From: Tubiluchus corallicola
Lineage: Eukaryota; Animalia; Priapulida
NCBI GenBank assembly: GCA_030141605.1
Contig: JAQGDQ010000352.1
Coordinates: forward strand, 1 to 64,000
Direction: 5' to 3'
DNA length: 64,000 nt
Below are positions 38,331 through 52,020 of this stretch, one piece after another (position 1 is the stretch's first letter; each line of letters opens with the position of its first letter). A model generated the notes under the pieces. It worked only from the letters and a program-made list of their open reading frames with translations, made no database searches and was not told the origin of the DNA. The position numbers were made by a program, and so were the translations under genes.

Positions 38331-39698
38331 AGCTGCAGTTCTGCACTTATCAACAAGAAATTTATAATAGGTTGCACATTTATAGCTGGTTCTGAGATGG
38401 GCAGTGTAAGCTTAACCCGTTTAGCATATCTTCACTATTCCGTTTATTGATATTATTCCAAAAATTAATTTGTCTTTGTTAAATTGAGGAATCTAATGAG
38501 GGTATACAACAATCAAACAGTACTATATCATTAGTAACCGACCATCTGATCCCAACCATACTTTTAACCATTTTCATATACTCTGTTTTTAGCAGATGGC
38601 GTGCTGCAATTTTCGGTAAATTTGACAATTTCATTTACTCATGTACGCTCGTGTTTGATTATGGTCATTACAGATACGCTGTCTGTCACTAATTATTCAC
38701 ACAATCCCAGCGAAAGTTATGAACGCCTACACTGGCAATGACTACACTCGTTTTTCATCTCATTCTTTTTCGATACGTTTTTTATAAAAGTGTAACAGCG
38801 CGGCACGCTGTTGGACTCCTGATATACTGGATTGAGAAACACTGCCTAACTTACTTATTACGCTAATGGATGTGGAAGGACTAGAACTGTTAGCGAGAGT
38901 GACATATTGAAGCAGTGGAAGTGTTATAGTCTTTTGACCATGTTCAAAACGTCTTCCCTCAATGCTATAGATAGCTGGAAGGTAGCAGCCACATAAAGCA
39001 GATAAAGCAGTCATGAAAAAATTTTCTTGGAGGTTACCCATCAATTAATTAGCCAGGCCCAGCACTGTTTAACTGTTGTTAGTGCTATATATATATTCTC
39101 AACTATTTCTCGCCGTAAATATCCTTGCGTTTTGTATTTTTAAATTTCGACTAGCATCGTAATTTATATGTGCGTAAATCTATCTCTACCCCATTTTAGT
39201 CACATTCGCAGAAGAGTTATAACATTCGTAGCATGTTACTACTGCACACTGGCAATTGTATTATAACTGTTATAGTTAATTCACACTGTTTGACATAAAC
39301 TTGTCAGCTCTTGCTTTTTTGTGAAACGGAATGAAATATCAAATAATTAGTTTCTCACATTTATTCAGCTTTCAATTTTCTTACCCTGTATTGCCTATTT
39401 ACGTTTAATCTTTTATTTTTCATTGTATTTTATTTCATTTTAGTACTGCATTTGTATTTTAAATTTTGTCATTTTAATGGTTCTCTAACCGAATATCGAA
39501 GCTTTACATATACACACAATTTTCTATTTACACCGTGATAGATACAAAGTTTGTGTACCTCACCAGTAAAAGTTATTGTACTTAGATAAGCGTCATTACT
39601 CCAGCTAGAGTTATTATATTTGTTTGAGTAGCAGTATGTTAATGTTTTATTTGGGAAAAGATACATAATCCAACATACTTTGATGAAATTCGTGGTCT

Positions 39699-39873
39699 GA
39701 AGCGGCCTTTACAAGACACCCGGAATGCGTTTTGCGTAAAAATGACTTTGTATTGTTTTCAATTTATCAGTCGTGCATTATTGCGTTATTTTTTCTCCCG
39801 CTAATTAGGTTGCTACGCAGCTGGATACGCAGTAACGCATTACGCAATCTGGATGTCTGGTAAACGCCGCTTA
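39699..39873. mobile_element. Harbinger-like MITE, copy 2 (inverted and shorter relative to 35291-35558)
   Basis: TIRs aagcggcctttacaagacacccggaatgcg / cgcaatctggatgtctggtaaacgccgctt. Confidence 0.75.
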
Positions 39874-41369
39874 ACTCTACTTACTTGGATGTGCATAAAA
39901 ATTAAAGAGTGAAAAATTAGTAAGTAGAGATAAATGTCGATCGTTTTCAAGGTTCCTCTAAAGGTCCAACCTGGCGCTCGACTTCTTACGTCCTACCAGA
40001 TTATAAATGCGTATTATCAACTCAGAGTAAAGTCAGTAGCGCCAACTCTTGATGAAATGGTAAAACATTTTTTGGCACAAACATCCACAATGCTAATGCT
40101 GTTTAGTTGCTTTTCAGTCAATGCTGTTAAAGGAAAAAAGAGTAATCACAAAATACTGGCGAGTCTGGCGTTATACAAGAAGAGCGACAAATACTGAAAT
40201 ATCGTTTTGTTAGCATTGTACACGCAGGTGATTATTTCTCACAAGTGAGTCAAGTGACGACTGTGACGTTTGCCCAAATTCCAAGACAGTTTGTGGAAAA
40301 ACATTTGAAAGAGAGCACTATTTGAAATGTAGTCCTAGTATTTAATAGTCAAGGTTCGATCACTTACTCTAAATTGAAACATTATAAGCGTTAAGAAAAG
40401 CAACTATACCTTAATAACAGTTTCCTTTTGTACTAAGTAGAATTAGTAAAAAAATTTTGCTCTATATAAAGTGTTCATTTCGCAAATTCACATTGAGTAT
40501 ATACATATACGTATACCCAACTGTTCTTTTGTCATCTGGTAATTTAGTTTATAATAACTTTATACTCTGGTATACATTTTTCCCTGATACTGTTTGTTTA
40601 AATTCAGTTGACTGTAAATATGCATACATCTAAAAAATAATGATAAGATTGTTGTTTTGTTTTATATAGTTTTATTGATAATGCCACAAATGGTGGATAT
40701 CGAACTCCCACAAATCTAATGTATATGACGTCATGAAGCTGTACCCTAAATACCGTACATTTGTGTTGCAGACTACGGGTCATAATGTACAGTGTACACG
40801 TACATTAGTTCGGACCAACCAGAGCCCGCGCAGGTTCAAAAATCCAATGAGCCGGTATCGCCACCTCGTACTGAAAGAGTAAAACTTTTGTATGTACATA
40901 AACTGCTTTCGAATGGAAATTAGGTACGGGTGAGCATTCTTTATCAGAGAGCGAATTCGAATCGAATCGACTTTTTTTACTTTCGAACTTGATTTTGAAT
41001 TCGAATCGAAAGCGAATTAAGTTTTAAAGACTTTTTGAGTTATAAATAAAAAGCAGTCTTGCAAAAATCATGCGTATTACTGGATATTGTTTCTTCAGTA
41101 AAACACCAATAATTTGCTTAAAATTATGCACAGAAATCGCGACAGATAGTACTGATTGCTTGCTGTTTCAAATGTCTTAATGACAAAAGAAATCATAATT
41201 ATGTAGTTGAAGTCCTTCAAATCCATAATTTTAGGTTCGAATCGAATTCGATACGAACGTTTGATGATGGCACCTATAATTAATACCGTATTCACATAAG
41301 CTGATTAGGCTGAAACCGTCTCCATATGGACTAGAAAAAAAGTTATCGATCTAGCCATTTTTTTGTTGA

Positions 41370-41625
41370 TGAATGCAGGCAAAAATGTCACAGTTTAAAA
41401 TGGCACATAAAAAATGTTACGAGAATATATGGTACGGTAAAAATGGCGCAAGAGAAAATGGTGCATTAAAAAATAGCAAAAAACGGAAAACTAGGTAAAC
41501 ACGACACGGGTAAAAATGTCTCAGGAAAAATGCCTCACTCAGGAGAAAATGGCACAGGAAAAAATTGCACATTCAGTAAAACATGAGCTTAGAGTTAGGC
41601 TTACTGTGGGAGATAATTACTTTAG
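41370..41625 (+). mobile_element. End of a DNA-transposon-like element with ~15-bp AAAAATGGCACAGG subterminal repeats and a TTAGG-like tract
   Basis: Same motif array at 48800-48885 (+), 50240-50335 (-) and 53085-53230 (+). Confidence 0.7.
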
Positions 41626-41629
41626 CTAC

Positions 41630-42295
41630 TTTTACCTCTGCCAAAGAAGTTATGCTTTAACACAGTTTGTTTGTTTGATTGTTTTTTGTATGTTATGGCA
41701 ATAAGCCTATTATGCAAAACTATCTAACAGATTTTCACGAAATTTTGTGGAGAATGCGGGCACAGAGTGGGCGTTTTTGTTCGTTCTTTTTCCGTAAAAC
41801 TTGACCGACCACCACGTACAAGAAACTTTCGTGAAGAGCTTCGTGGGTGTGTCGGAGGGAGTGTTTAGTATTTCTTTTTTATTATCTCCATCAGGACAAA
41901 TAACTGTGAGTTAGTTCCTAGTTCCATATCGGGAAATTCTCGCTCGAAAAACTGTATAATGCTGTCCATAACCTTTGCTTATTAATGTGTACAACCTTAT
42001 AAACTGACTTGGAATGTACATGTGTTTGTATGTCAGCCTGTTACCATCGCTAAAATTAATGGTTACAGAAAGGTTGTTAAACATTATGTGGAATATTCGT
42101 GAATTATTGACTATAATTCTATTTAAAGAATAAAATGTTTTGTGAGTTTTTTGCTAGTCTGAATAATACCAATACAGGTACATTTTTGTGTGTTTGCTTG
42201 TTTATCGTTGCTTACGTTTTTTTAATCGAAAGAATCAGACGAATAAATTCAGGATTGTTCGGCTTTGGTGGAAATCTGCTTACAACTTTCTTAGC
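41630..42295 (+). mobile_element. HINE/DINE-1-type (Helentron-associated) non-autonomous element, copy 1
   Basis: 5' ttacctctgccaaagaagttatg, then (GTTT)n microsatellite and core, 3' ctttggtggaaatctgc; colinear with 48890-49545. Confidence 0.75.
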
Positions 42296-42796
42296 TACAA
42301 TTATCACTCATTATAATTAGCGTTCCGTGTAATGATTTTAAATTAAATTTTATTATCTCAGTTAATAATTACATGTTTCAGGTTATCAAAAGACGATAAC
42401 TAGTGGCACTGTACCAAAATTCTATGCCAAATCCTCACTGCCCTTACAAGATCAAGCCCCCATTCGTTACCTTGACAAAGTTAAGGAATGAGATGTGCGC
42501 CATGTATACTGTGTGAACCGGTTTGTGCATTAATGAACAATAAAAATTTTACCTATACATTCAACATGGGGATGATATTACTTTCATGAAAACAACAAGC
42601 AATTAGTAGAAAACAACACCTTTCTGTATAGTAGTACCATCTTTGTTTATATCTTCCATAGGTCTGCTCACATTTAAATGATGCTAGCCATGCCACCATG
42701 TGCATAATTATAATGTTTAACTGTAGTGCCATCTACAATCACAATAATAATATAACACGGTTGAGCTAGAAGCAGCTGTTTCACTGCTTCAGGTGG

Positions 42797-43020
42797 CTAC
42801 ATTTCACAAATGAAGTTTGCAAGTTGCTCACATGGATCGTCCCACCATATGAGTGTCCCGGGGTAACTGTTATGTAGGCTAATTCGCAAGCAGTCTTGAT
42901 TGTTTAGATTATTTGGTTGGCTTTCTGTGACAGCCCAACGGGTATAATTCAGTGGAGTCTCCACACCATCCCAAACCCACACACCTTCCTCTTCTATGTC
43001 GTTACCTCCTGTCCACCAAA
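42797..43020 (-). CDS. Secreted C-type lectin, exon 2 (C-terminal half of the CTLD)
   Basis: Acceptor acccattcag|TT; encodes (L)WWTGGNDIEEEGVWVW...YTRW...QPNN...QDCL...WWDDPCEQLANFICEM*. Confidence 0.9.
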
Positions 43021-43184
43021 CTGAATGGGTAAAAAAGAATTACCTTTATAGTATTAAGAACTTATTAGTCAAACAAATAGTATTACTTATCATTTCTTAT
43101 TTAAACAATAGATTAAGTTCCATTAATAGTCTATTTAAATAATATATGTATCTAAATAATAGACTAATAAAATTTAAATAATCG

Positions 43185-43703
43185 CGAACCTGTCAACTCT
43201 CACGCATTAGAGGCGTGTCACACGCATTTTAAATCTTTCACACCTGCACACGCACCAAATTTCAGTTCCCACGCGTCCCAATTTCACATGCAAGTTTTGC
43301 AGGTCACTTGGCTTGATTGGCTTCCTTTGGCATCAGTAGCAAGCACAGCAAAATTTAGTAGTAGCGTTTATGAGTCTAACGATAGTATTACGCTAAAGGG
43401 TATTACAATTATTGAAAATTAAGCACATTTGGTTGCTATTGACTTTTTTCATGTGTATAAAAAAGGAAAAATAATTATATATAAAGCATTGATGAACTCC
43501 AATACCAGCATAAGAAAGCTCATTGGTACCTTAAAATGACCTTCATTTTTTGTTTTTGCCTCAATTTTTTGATAATTTGATTTCGATACCCCCAAAAATA
43601 AAAATTTCTGGGTGTAATCCCCCCCCCCCCTGCCAGGGGCGAGACCAGCCTCGGGCTTTCTATGTTTCACACTCATTTTAACTTCAAATGGTTGGCAGCT
43701 CTG
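43185..43703. mobile_element. Degenerate hAT-like MITE in the lectin intron
   Basis: Left acctgtcaactctcacgca with CACGC repeats; right gttggcagctctg. Confidence 0.55.
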
Positions 43704-44061
43704 TAATAGATTAAGAACCTAGTTCTAAGTTTTAGAATTACATCGAACCCTTGTCACATTTATTTTTGAGAACACAAAGTGCGTCTACCATTTCGGTTAT
43801 TTGATGTAAATAGCAGTGTTATCTAAGCAACATTGAGCACGCTTGCGAGTCTAGTGAATCCAGAAATAGCAGCTAGTGCTGAAAGTATGCCCAATGCCTG
43901 CTATCATTTCTACTTTTTTTGTTATCTCACTTGTATACTGCCTGTCCCCTTATAATGCAAAACATTTTAACGCTACTAAGTGCAACCATCTGTAGGATGA
44001 ACCTTTTCTAAGCCAAGCTGATCTACAAGACCCACAAGGTGCTTTAGACACGAAAACTTAC

Positions 44062-44476
44062 GACTATGTCCATCCACACCCAGCCTTTGATACAGTGAGG
44101 CCAGCTCCTCAGGCGTTTCTATGGAAACCAGTCTGGCACCAAGTGCATTACAGGTGCGCTTTGCCTTTTCCCAGGTTTGCTTAGCATCTCCACGAAACAC
44201 CTTATAACAACCATTTCCTATTTTCTCAAATCCACATCCGCAAGCAGTATTCCGCTCTATCGACTCCACTTTCTGTAGTACTTTATCCACAGCACGGCTC
44301 ACTTGTGCAAATTCTCTTTTCAATGTGTAGATCTCTTTGGCTGTTCTGGTCAATAAGTCTTGCACGTTTTGCTCTATTGGATTTGGTTGATTAGGCAATG
44401 TTAGATGTGTAGAAGCGACATTCGGCTTCACTATACAATATACAATCAGCACTGTACAACTGAACAATTTATCCAT
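44062..44476 (-). CDS. Secreted C-type lectin, exon 1 (signal peptide, coiled-coil neck, N-terminal half of the CTLD)
   Basis: MDKLFSCTVLIVYCIV signal-like; CGCGFEKIGNGCYKV...TWEKAKRTC...GARLVSIETPEE; donor AGTC|gtaagt at 44061, phase 1; total 212 aa. Confidence 0.9.
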
Positions 44477-45010
44477 TTTGCTTTTTACTCCAACCAATTT
44501 TTGTTCAATTAACACGAAATAGCTAGGTGCACTTATCGTGTCTTCAGTTTTCTGACTGACACGTCACTTATAGCTACTTGTTGACTTTTTCACAAGTTGT
44601 AAACATGCCGTCATAGAGTTATCTACAAATTATACTATAGTTTGAAAGATAAACAGTGTCAATCCAAGTCAATTGTCAAATTTTCTGCCCCTGAATTGGA
44701 TGTACACTATTCTTCACCACATGTCATAAATTCTTTTTATCTGTTTGGTTGGTTCCTCTTTCCGTTCCAGTGGTCTTGAAGGTTATATGTTATTTCCTGT
44801 GTTGTTGGCAGAATTCACTTCCTTTCGCAAGAGTGGCTACACTACTATCAAAATAACATCGAATGACAAACAGTGCCTTATAGTGTTTACTGTACAGTAA
44901 GCATCAAGTCTTTCCATCCAAGAAGTAGACATAGGCTTCCGTGTAAGATTCCACGAAATTTTGATTTACCAATACAAAGTATATTTCTATGTCTACCTTA
45001 TTTTTTCTCC

Positions 45011-45012
<2 letters not shown>

Positions 45013-45052
<40 letters not shown>

Positions 45053-45110
45053 ACCCTCCCCACTCTCTCTCCCCCATCTCTCTTTCTCTTGTTTATCCTT
45101 CTCACTTTCT
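45013..45110. repeat. (CT)n microsatellite / pyrimidine tract
   Basis: Directly visible. Confidence 0.9.
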
Positions 45111-46929
45111 CTCCCAACTTTCTAGTCATTCTAGTGCCTACGTTAGCAACAAGTGTTGCAATGGAAACTTTGGCTATAGAAGCAATGTTGGCTACAAAAC
45201 GCAACAAGTGTAACAAGAGCTACATTAGCAACAAGGGCTACAATGGCAAAAGAGGCAAAATTAGCTGCAACGCCGGCCCATCTACTATTGATAATGCAGC
45301 CTTTTGTTGTCACTTTTCATCAAAATGACTTCCATGATAGTTCATATTAACTGCGTGTTGACTAGTGTGAGAATTCAGACTTGCTTTTGTCATAATTCAA
45401 ATGGCGAGAGCGTGTCATTTCAAGCCACACGTACTGGGTTCGAATCCTCAAAATTTTCAGGAGCCATCCTTTTAAATTTAAATGCTGACAGTTCAATTTG
45501 ACTGTGTAGTTAAACGAAAACCGGATGACTGTGTAAACATTAGTTCAGGATAAAGAATGCTCTAAAATCTTGAAAACTACAATAGCTTTTTTTAAATCAA
45601 AGCTTAGATTAAATAATAATTACCTCGGATACTCAAATTTCGTTAAACTTTCAAAGTGAATCTACTAAGATTGGCAGCGGCGCCTTTTTGTCACATTCGC
45701 GTGGCCGACAAATAGATGGCGGTACCGTGATAACCATGATGATGAACTGCAATGTTAGTTTGTGACGTCATATGATGTAAAGCCCATTTTTCTGACATCA
45801 TGCGTTTAAACAGTACTGTAACACTTATGTAAATGTGCTTGATGCGCAAGGGAAGACGCCTGCTATTGCACAAACTGTTGTTAGTTTCTGACGTAAGCAA
45901 TTGCTGCGTTCGGTTGCCGTTAATTAACTTTCTAAGCTAATTATTCAAATATAAGGAGCAATTGTTAACTTTTATAGGCAAGAAAAATGTATATTTTGGA
46001 CAGTAAATTAAAATGAGATTGAGTCTAAACAATCGTCCGGTCTTCCTTTAAAGAATGTCAAGATATCGCTACGTCCGGGACGACGACATATGCTAGGACC
46101 AGTAGATACTACAAATTCTGCACGCGTCCATGCTGCTCTAAAATTAATAGTTCTCGACCCCGTTTGCCTCCAAGCATTGGTCTCGCATTACATGAGCGTC
46201 TAGGAACAGTCATTCTAGAGAGCTAAACATGCTAAAATCTTATGGTCGTTTAGTGTAAGCTCTAGTGATTAGAGGACACTGATACGTTATCTGGTGCACG
46301 TATGTTGCCTGATTGTTTTATCTTAGCTGTAATTATCGTAAAGGGGTTTTAGAATTCTGCCGCGTGTAATTTTTTGATGAATTTTAATTTTTTTGTCACT
46401 GTCGCGTGAATTGTCTTTGTATAGCCGTGAATATGGTCGACAACTCTACATCAGGACGGCTGGCATTACCGCACGAAAAAATAATGGTTAGTAGTGTTTA
46501 GTGTTTGCTGACAGAACGGCCGCCCAAGTGTGAAATTCATTCACTAAAGACCTCAACAAGGCACTGGACGACAGGGTGTGTTCGAGCTAAAAAAAATTTG
46601 ACGCCTTTTTGACGACATTAGACCGTGAGCTCCGGTTCTATTAATCGTGTCTGTACCGGTTATCTCATATTTGGGATAGGTACCAGGTTTAAATAACAAC
46701 AGCGTACTGAAAGTGAACTGGCTAGGAATACTAGCGTTGGGTTGGTACCTAACTTTTTTACGTTTTTCATCTTCGTTTGCGAAATATTTTGGTGATGTAA
46801 ATCTGCGATATAATATCAGTGAAAGGAAGTACAAATGACGATGATGATGGCGATGATTGTATTGACGATGATGAATCATGAAGATGACGTGGTGATGACA
46901 TTGATAAAATTCGCAGAATTCAAGTTAAG

Positions 46930-47455
46930 AAAACTTTTAAAGCACAAGAAAACCCTCCACTTATATAAAGCTAAAAAAATTCGCCTTGAAATTATATACC
47001 ACTTACATGCTGCCTCTTTGCATACAGGACTTGCGTCGACAGTAACGCTGAATAAAACATGTAACTTTAAACTTCCGCAATATCCGTCAGACACAGCCAT
47101 TTTGACGATAAGTTATTTGAAAGTAAAGTACAAGTTTAGACAACACTGAGTAAAGTTTGAAAAAATAACCAGAGCATTCGAAGCGTACACATAACTATCT
47201 AAATAAAATTATAAATTACTGTATCTTGTCTGTCAATAAGAATAAAAATACGTTTTTTGGTTAGTGAGCGGTGCATCCTGGAGGGTGAGACAGCGACACT
47301 TTACCAATTGGTGAAAGCATAATTATAAATAAAGAATTAATAATTTCGTTTTCTAGTTATATAAGTTTTTCTAGCAGGTTAGCGAAATGCTAAGTAATGC
47401 AACTTTGCATGTAAAGTTTTTTGGGACAATGTTTAACATTGCCTTTTCTTTTCCT
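46930..47455. mobile_element. Dispersed repeat, copy 2 (homologous to 16715-17135)
   Basis: Colinear shared blocks as listed for copy 1. Confidence 0.75.
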
Positions 47456-48889
47456 GATTTACGTTTGCGTAAGTGACGTAATGTAATGGCGCGGCCTGTA
47501 CAGTGTCGCGGGAAATTTAAAATGAAAACAAAAAAATCCTTTCAACGCGAGTACAATGAACACATAAAATTGCTATAAAGTAATATAAATTTTTTAAGTC
47601 GATTTTTCCGAAACCTACTTCAGGTACCCTTTTTCTTGTCCTTTAATGTCGGATAGGCTTGTTACTACATATACTTACTTTACTTACTTACATATAAAGA
47701 GCTGTATGTTGCAAAGAAATGGAAGCTCTCTTCTTGTCGCCCTTATCTTAAACTCAGGTCACCAACTCGGCTATTCTGGGTAGCGTTAAAATGGGTTTAT
47801 AAGTAAATTAGCTGATAAGCAAATATCTAAGCATCCAAGCAGAGTCGTTAACGTAATTTGTCGCAAGTTTACTAATTTACTAAGATAATATGTAAGTTGT
47901 TTTTTAGTTCGTAACTTGATAGCCATGGATTTTTGCTTGTGTCTTTCTTCGTTAACGCTTACTCTAGTTCAAAATCAGTAATACTAGAAGACTGGATAGC
48001 ACCTGGCGTGAAAAGCAGAATTGGCGAGGTTAGTTTTGTATGAAAGCTTTCTCTGTCAGTTCTCCGCTGGATCAGCAAATGGAGTTAAGGATATGCAAAT
48101 TAGTGTGAAGGTCACTCGATTACAGTAAGTAGTTAGCTTTTGTAAAAACATTTACTTAATGGCGCCAGTAGCGTGTTGAGAACGAGATAATATTTGATCA
48201 CCGAAATGAAAAATTCTGTAATAGGCCAGTTTCTTGTAATAGTGAGCTGGCGAAACTTTAATAATGATTTTATAAATAAAGTCACATGTTTTCCAAGAGA
48301 TAAAACCTTGAAAGAGCTGCACCACCTGCTAGTTAATACGTTACGATAATGTAAACGAGATGTGGAGTGTGCTAAGTTCAATAACGTCGTTTTGGATTAG
48401 TAATTCAAATTCTAAATAGAAAGTGAAAACACAAGACGTAGTAATACCGATACGATGACATGTGTCTACTGCAATTGGGATTTTTTCTAATTCATTCTAC
48501 AGTTACTAAGTGTAGCAATAAATTACGTTTTCTGTTCTATCTACTCATTTTCAATTCGCGCACGCAGTAGCCTATACAGAATTTTACTTGCTGGAACTCA
48601 AATTTTAATGTGAAAGTTAAAGGCGATTGCACTATTTCAGACCCCTTAATACGTACAGGGCAAACACTAATTTGGATGTTTCCGACATTATACTTTTGCA
48701 CAATTCTAACTTAAAAAAATATTTGAAACGGTGACGTGAAACCCTATCCCAACAATAGTGAAAACAGATGCAAACCTAAAAGCGATGAGTCTGTTTCACC
48801 TGAACGTAGGTAAAAATGGCACAGGAAAAATGGCACGCTCACTATTAATTTAGGGTTAAGGCTACTGTGAGGGATAATTATTTTGTTAT

Positions 48890-49545
48890 TTTTACATTCT
48901 GCCAATAAAGTAATTCTTCAACTCGGGTTTTTGCCTGTTATGGCAGTAAACCTATTACATGAAAACTACCTGACATTTTCCACAAAACTTTGTAGAGAAA
49001 GCGGCGGGTATAGGCTGCCAAAATGGACGTTTTCCCACCCGTTCTTTTTTCGCAAAACTTTAATGAACACCACGTTCAAAAACATTCGTGGAGCACTTCG
49101 TGGGGCTTACCAGAGGGAGTGTTTAGTACATTTTTATCATCTCCAATAGGACAAACAACTGCGAGTTAGTTCCTAGTTCCATTTCAGGAAATTCTTGCTC
49201 GAAAAACTGTAATGCTGTCCATAACCTTTGCTTGTTAATTTGTATAACCTTATAACCTGACTTGGAATGTACATGCGTTTGTAGTCAGCCTATTACCATC
49301 GCGAAAATTAATGGTTAAAGAGAAGTAGGTAAACACTTTCTGGAATATTCGCAAATTATTGATTGTAATTTTATTTAATGAACAAATATTTTGGGAGTAG
49401 TTTGCTAGTCTACATAATGCCATATCAATTTTTGTATGTTTGCTTGCTTATCTTAGCTTTACGTTTTTAATTCAGTCACACGAGTAAATTTAGAATTGTT
49501 TGGCTTTGGCAGAGATCTGCTTCGTGCTGAGTGCATTCTAGCTTT
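48890..49545 (+). mobile_element. HINE/DINE-1-type element, copy 2
   Basis: Colinear with 41630-42295; 3' end ctttggcagagatctgcttcgtgctgagtgcattctag with subterminal inverted repeat and short hairpin; T-rich flanks. Confidence 0.75.
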
Positions 49546-49558
49546 ATTTAAAAAAAAA

Positions 49559-50144
49559 CTAGCAAAGGTCCCACAAAAAATTTGCGTATAAATCCACTTC
49601 TAATCAATATGCGCGAACATTCTACATAGTGTTCGTCGTTTATTTACCTAACGCAAAACCTGCAGCAGCTTTTACTGGATTAAAGTTATAAAGTTATAGG
49701 CAGAGTGCAATGGAATGACGTCAGAACAATTCAAACGTCACTGTAGCTTCTAAGCGAGAATGGAACCTCCAATCAACTCGTCGCCGCTCCTCCTGGTGGA
49801 GGCGTCCTAAAATGTGACCCACATCATCGCCACTGGAACGTTTTTTCTACAGGCTGTTTGGTTAAAATTTCGAAAAAATCGGGAGTTGGGTACGGGAAAA
49901 CACCTGTTGCGGGAATTCGTGGCCCTCCCGCAAATTCTAAATATACCTACTATACTCACCGTCGACTGGGCTATCCGACCATCATAGGTAGGTTGCCTGA
50001 TATATTCTCGTTCTCTAGAAATAAGCAGTATAAGTTCTTCAAATAAAAAAATGCCTATTTTTGGAGGTTTTTCGCCCCCCCCATTCGAAAAATAAAGGCC
50101 CATTGGTAAAGGACTGGATCGAGACCTTTCGTTAGGTATATAGA
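49559..50144 (-). mobile_element. Non-autonomous Helitron (586 bp)
   Basis: Minus strand A|TCTATATACC...acgcaaattttttgtgg (imperfect hairpin)...ctttgCTAG|T; inserted between A and T with no TSD. Confidence 0.7.
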
Positions 50145-51008
50145 TCTCCGAAAATGCTGTCGTTGGAGCTGTAACCTTGAATCTTGTTATTCATATAATA
50201 ATATATTAATATAATAATATATATAATATAAAACAAACTATTTTTCCCTATGCCATTTTCCCTTGTCATATTTCTTGTGCTATTTTTTCTTGTGCCATTT
50301 TTACCTGTGCAATTTTTACGGTGCACCGTTTAACCTAGGTATTAATTTTACTGTATCAAGCGTCTTATCCTGAAAAGGAAACATCCAAACTTGTATTACC
50401 CAATAACAGGGTACAGAATGCTAACGTGCTGTACGCTTGTTAGGGTCACATGCGTGTTCTTGACAACCATGCAGAGAGAAAGTTCAGTGCGTTAGCTTGA
50501 ACAAGTTGTTTGTCAAGCCTCAAGACAGTTGTTGCTGTGTTCAGCCCAAAGTAAAATCAACAAACCATTACAAATCTTGAGCTATGTGAACTTATAATGT
50601 GTGTTAAAAGTGTTAGTGTGAACAGAGTGATTGATTTTAAAAGTTTCAGTCAAATAACAATAGCACGGTCAGACACCACGCTGTAGACAGAGTTCCGGCT
50701 ATTCCTCACAATTAATGAAAGAAGTACGTTTTTTAAAGTGTACCGGCTGCCGAAAAGATTAAAAGGTCGATGTTCGCACAAATGTAGAATACAAATTTTG
50801 AATTTTGTTTTTATTGTAAATTGAATATAACATCGTACTTTTTGATTTTTAACTCTTTGTATTAGATTACCACGCGAGATTGTTGACAAGTTGGCGCTAT
50901 GAGCCATGTAAACACAAGAACTAAAAAAGCCACGTGAATTTGGTCACTGTGCAGTATTCTGCAGTTACACTTCAAGATTTAAGCCGTCGAAGTTTTCGAA
51001 AGCCAAAA

Positions 51009-51350
51009 ATGCCGACTGTTGGAAAAACGGGAGGAATCGGTACCCCTGGCTGGATTACAGTTGATGATGTCTTGCTAATGTTTGGAAAATATGGACGTTA
51101 CCAATTAAGTACTGTACTTCTATTGAGCGTGGTAAACGTGTTCTGGGCCTGGCATTTGTTGTCCACTCCTTTTATAGCTGGAGTTCCACCTTATACATGC
51201 AAAATTGAGGAAAACAAGACTACTGAGCCTGTGACAAGTAAACAAGAGCTGTACCAGTGTGAGGTGATAACAGGATCATGGTCAAACGAGACTAGAAAAT
51301 GTACCGAATGGATGTATCCAAATACAGCCCCTGAGACCATTGTAACTACG
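51009..51350 (+). CDS. SLC22 organic cation/anion transporter-like protein, exon 1
   Basis: MPTV...DDVLLMFGKYGRYQ...C.EWMY...ETIVTT|gtatga; phase 0. Confidence 0.9.
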
Positions 51351-51729
51351 GTATGAATTACTATTTACATAATATTGTTTCAATGTAAACTTCTTCGTTT
51401 TCTACATAGGCACTATAATCACTTATTTCAAAGTAGTTATAATTATGAATATTTTTGTATATGGTTGAATACATATACATTATATGTTGAATATATGTAC
51501 ATTATTGTTTTTAGGGTCGTTAATATTAATGTCCCATGACCTGCCAGGAAACTCAAAGTAATAATCTAAAAATAACCGTAGTGTAGTGTATAAAAAACTT
51601 TATTCGTGTATTGTTTTGTCTGTTTGATACTGGGTAAACAATTAGACTAGAGAGTCCAAGACTGTAAAGAGTGAGTGGAACTAATGAGGATTGAGGGGGA
51701 GGGAGAGGTCTTCCAGTATGGGTCACTAT

Positions 51730-52020
51730 TTTCAAACACGATTTAACACAGCGTATGGCTTAAATACCTTACAGCACAATGGAGTTATTTTGTGGAATAG
51801 TTTACCCAATACAATCATTTCCTCTCCTTTAAAAATAGCTACCAAACAATATAAGATATTTTTACTTAGTAAATATTCATTGGCATAGAAAACCAGAGGT
51901 TTTTTCTCTTTTTTGTGCACGTGTGTCTTTTTGCACTAATGTTTTTCTTTTACTAATAGATATCATTACGACCTTTGTTACTTTATTAGTAAAAGTATAA
52001 ATCAATTTAAATGAAATTAT
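51730..52020 (+). mobile_element. LINE (CR1/L2-like) 3' terminal fragment in intron 1
   Basis: YGLNTLQHNGVILWNSLP...K.FLLSKY, matching the recalled G..LWNSLP ORF2 tail. Confidence 0.65.

Noticed and set aside
38760-39044. 94-aa ORF with faint GPCR TM5/ICL3-like wording
   Set aside because: The TM6-like continuation is out of frame and no diagnostic GPCR motif is present.
45135-45270. 9-bp-periodic tract suggesting a collagen-like or other repeat peptide
   Set aside because: No consistent Gly-X-Y frame or splice sites; a degenerate minisatellite next to (CT)n.
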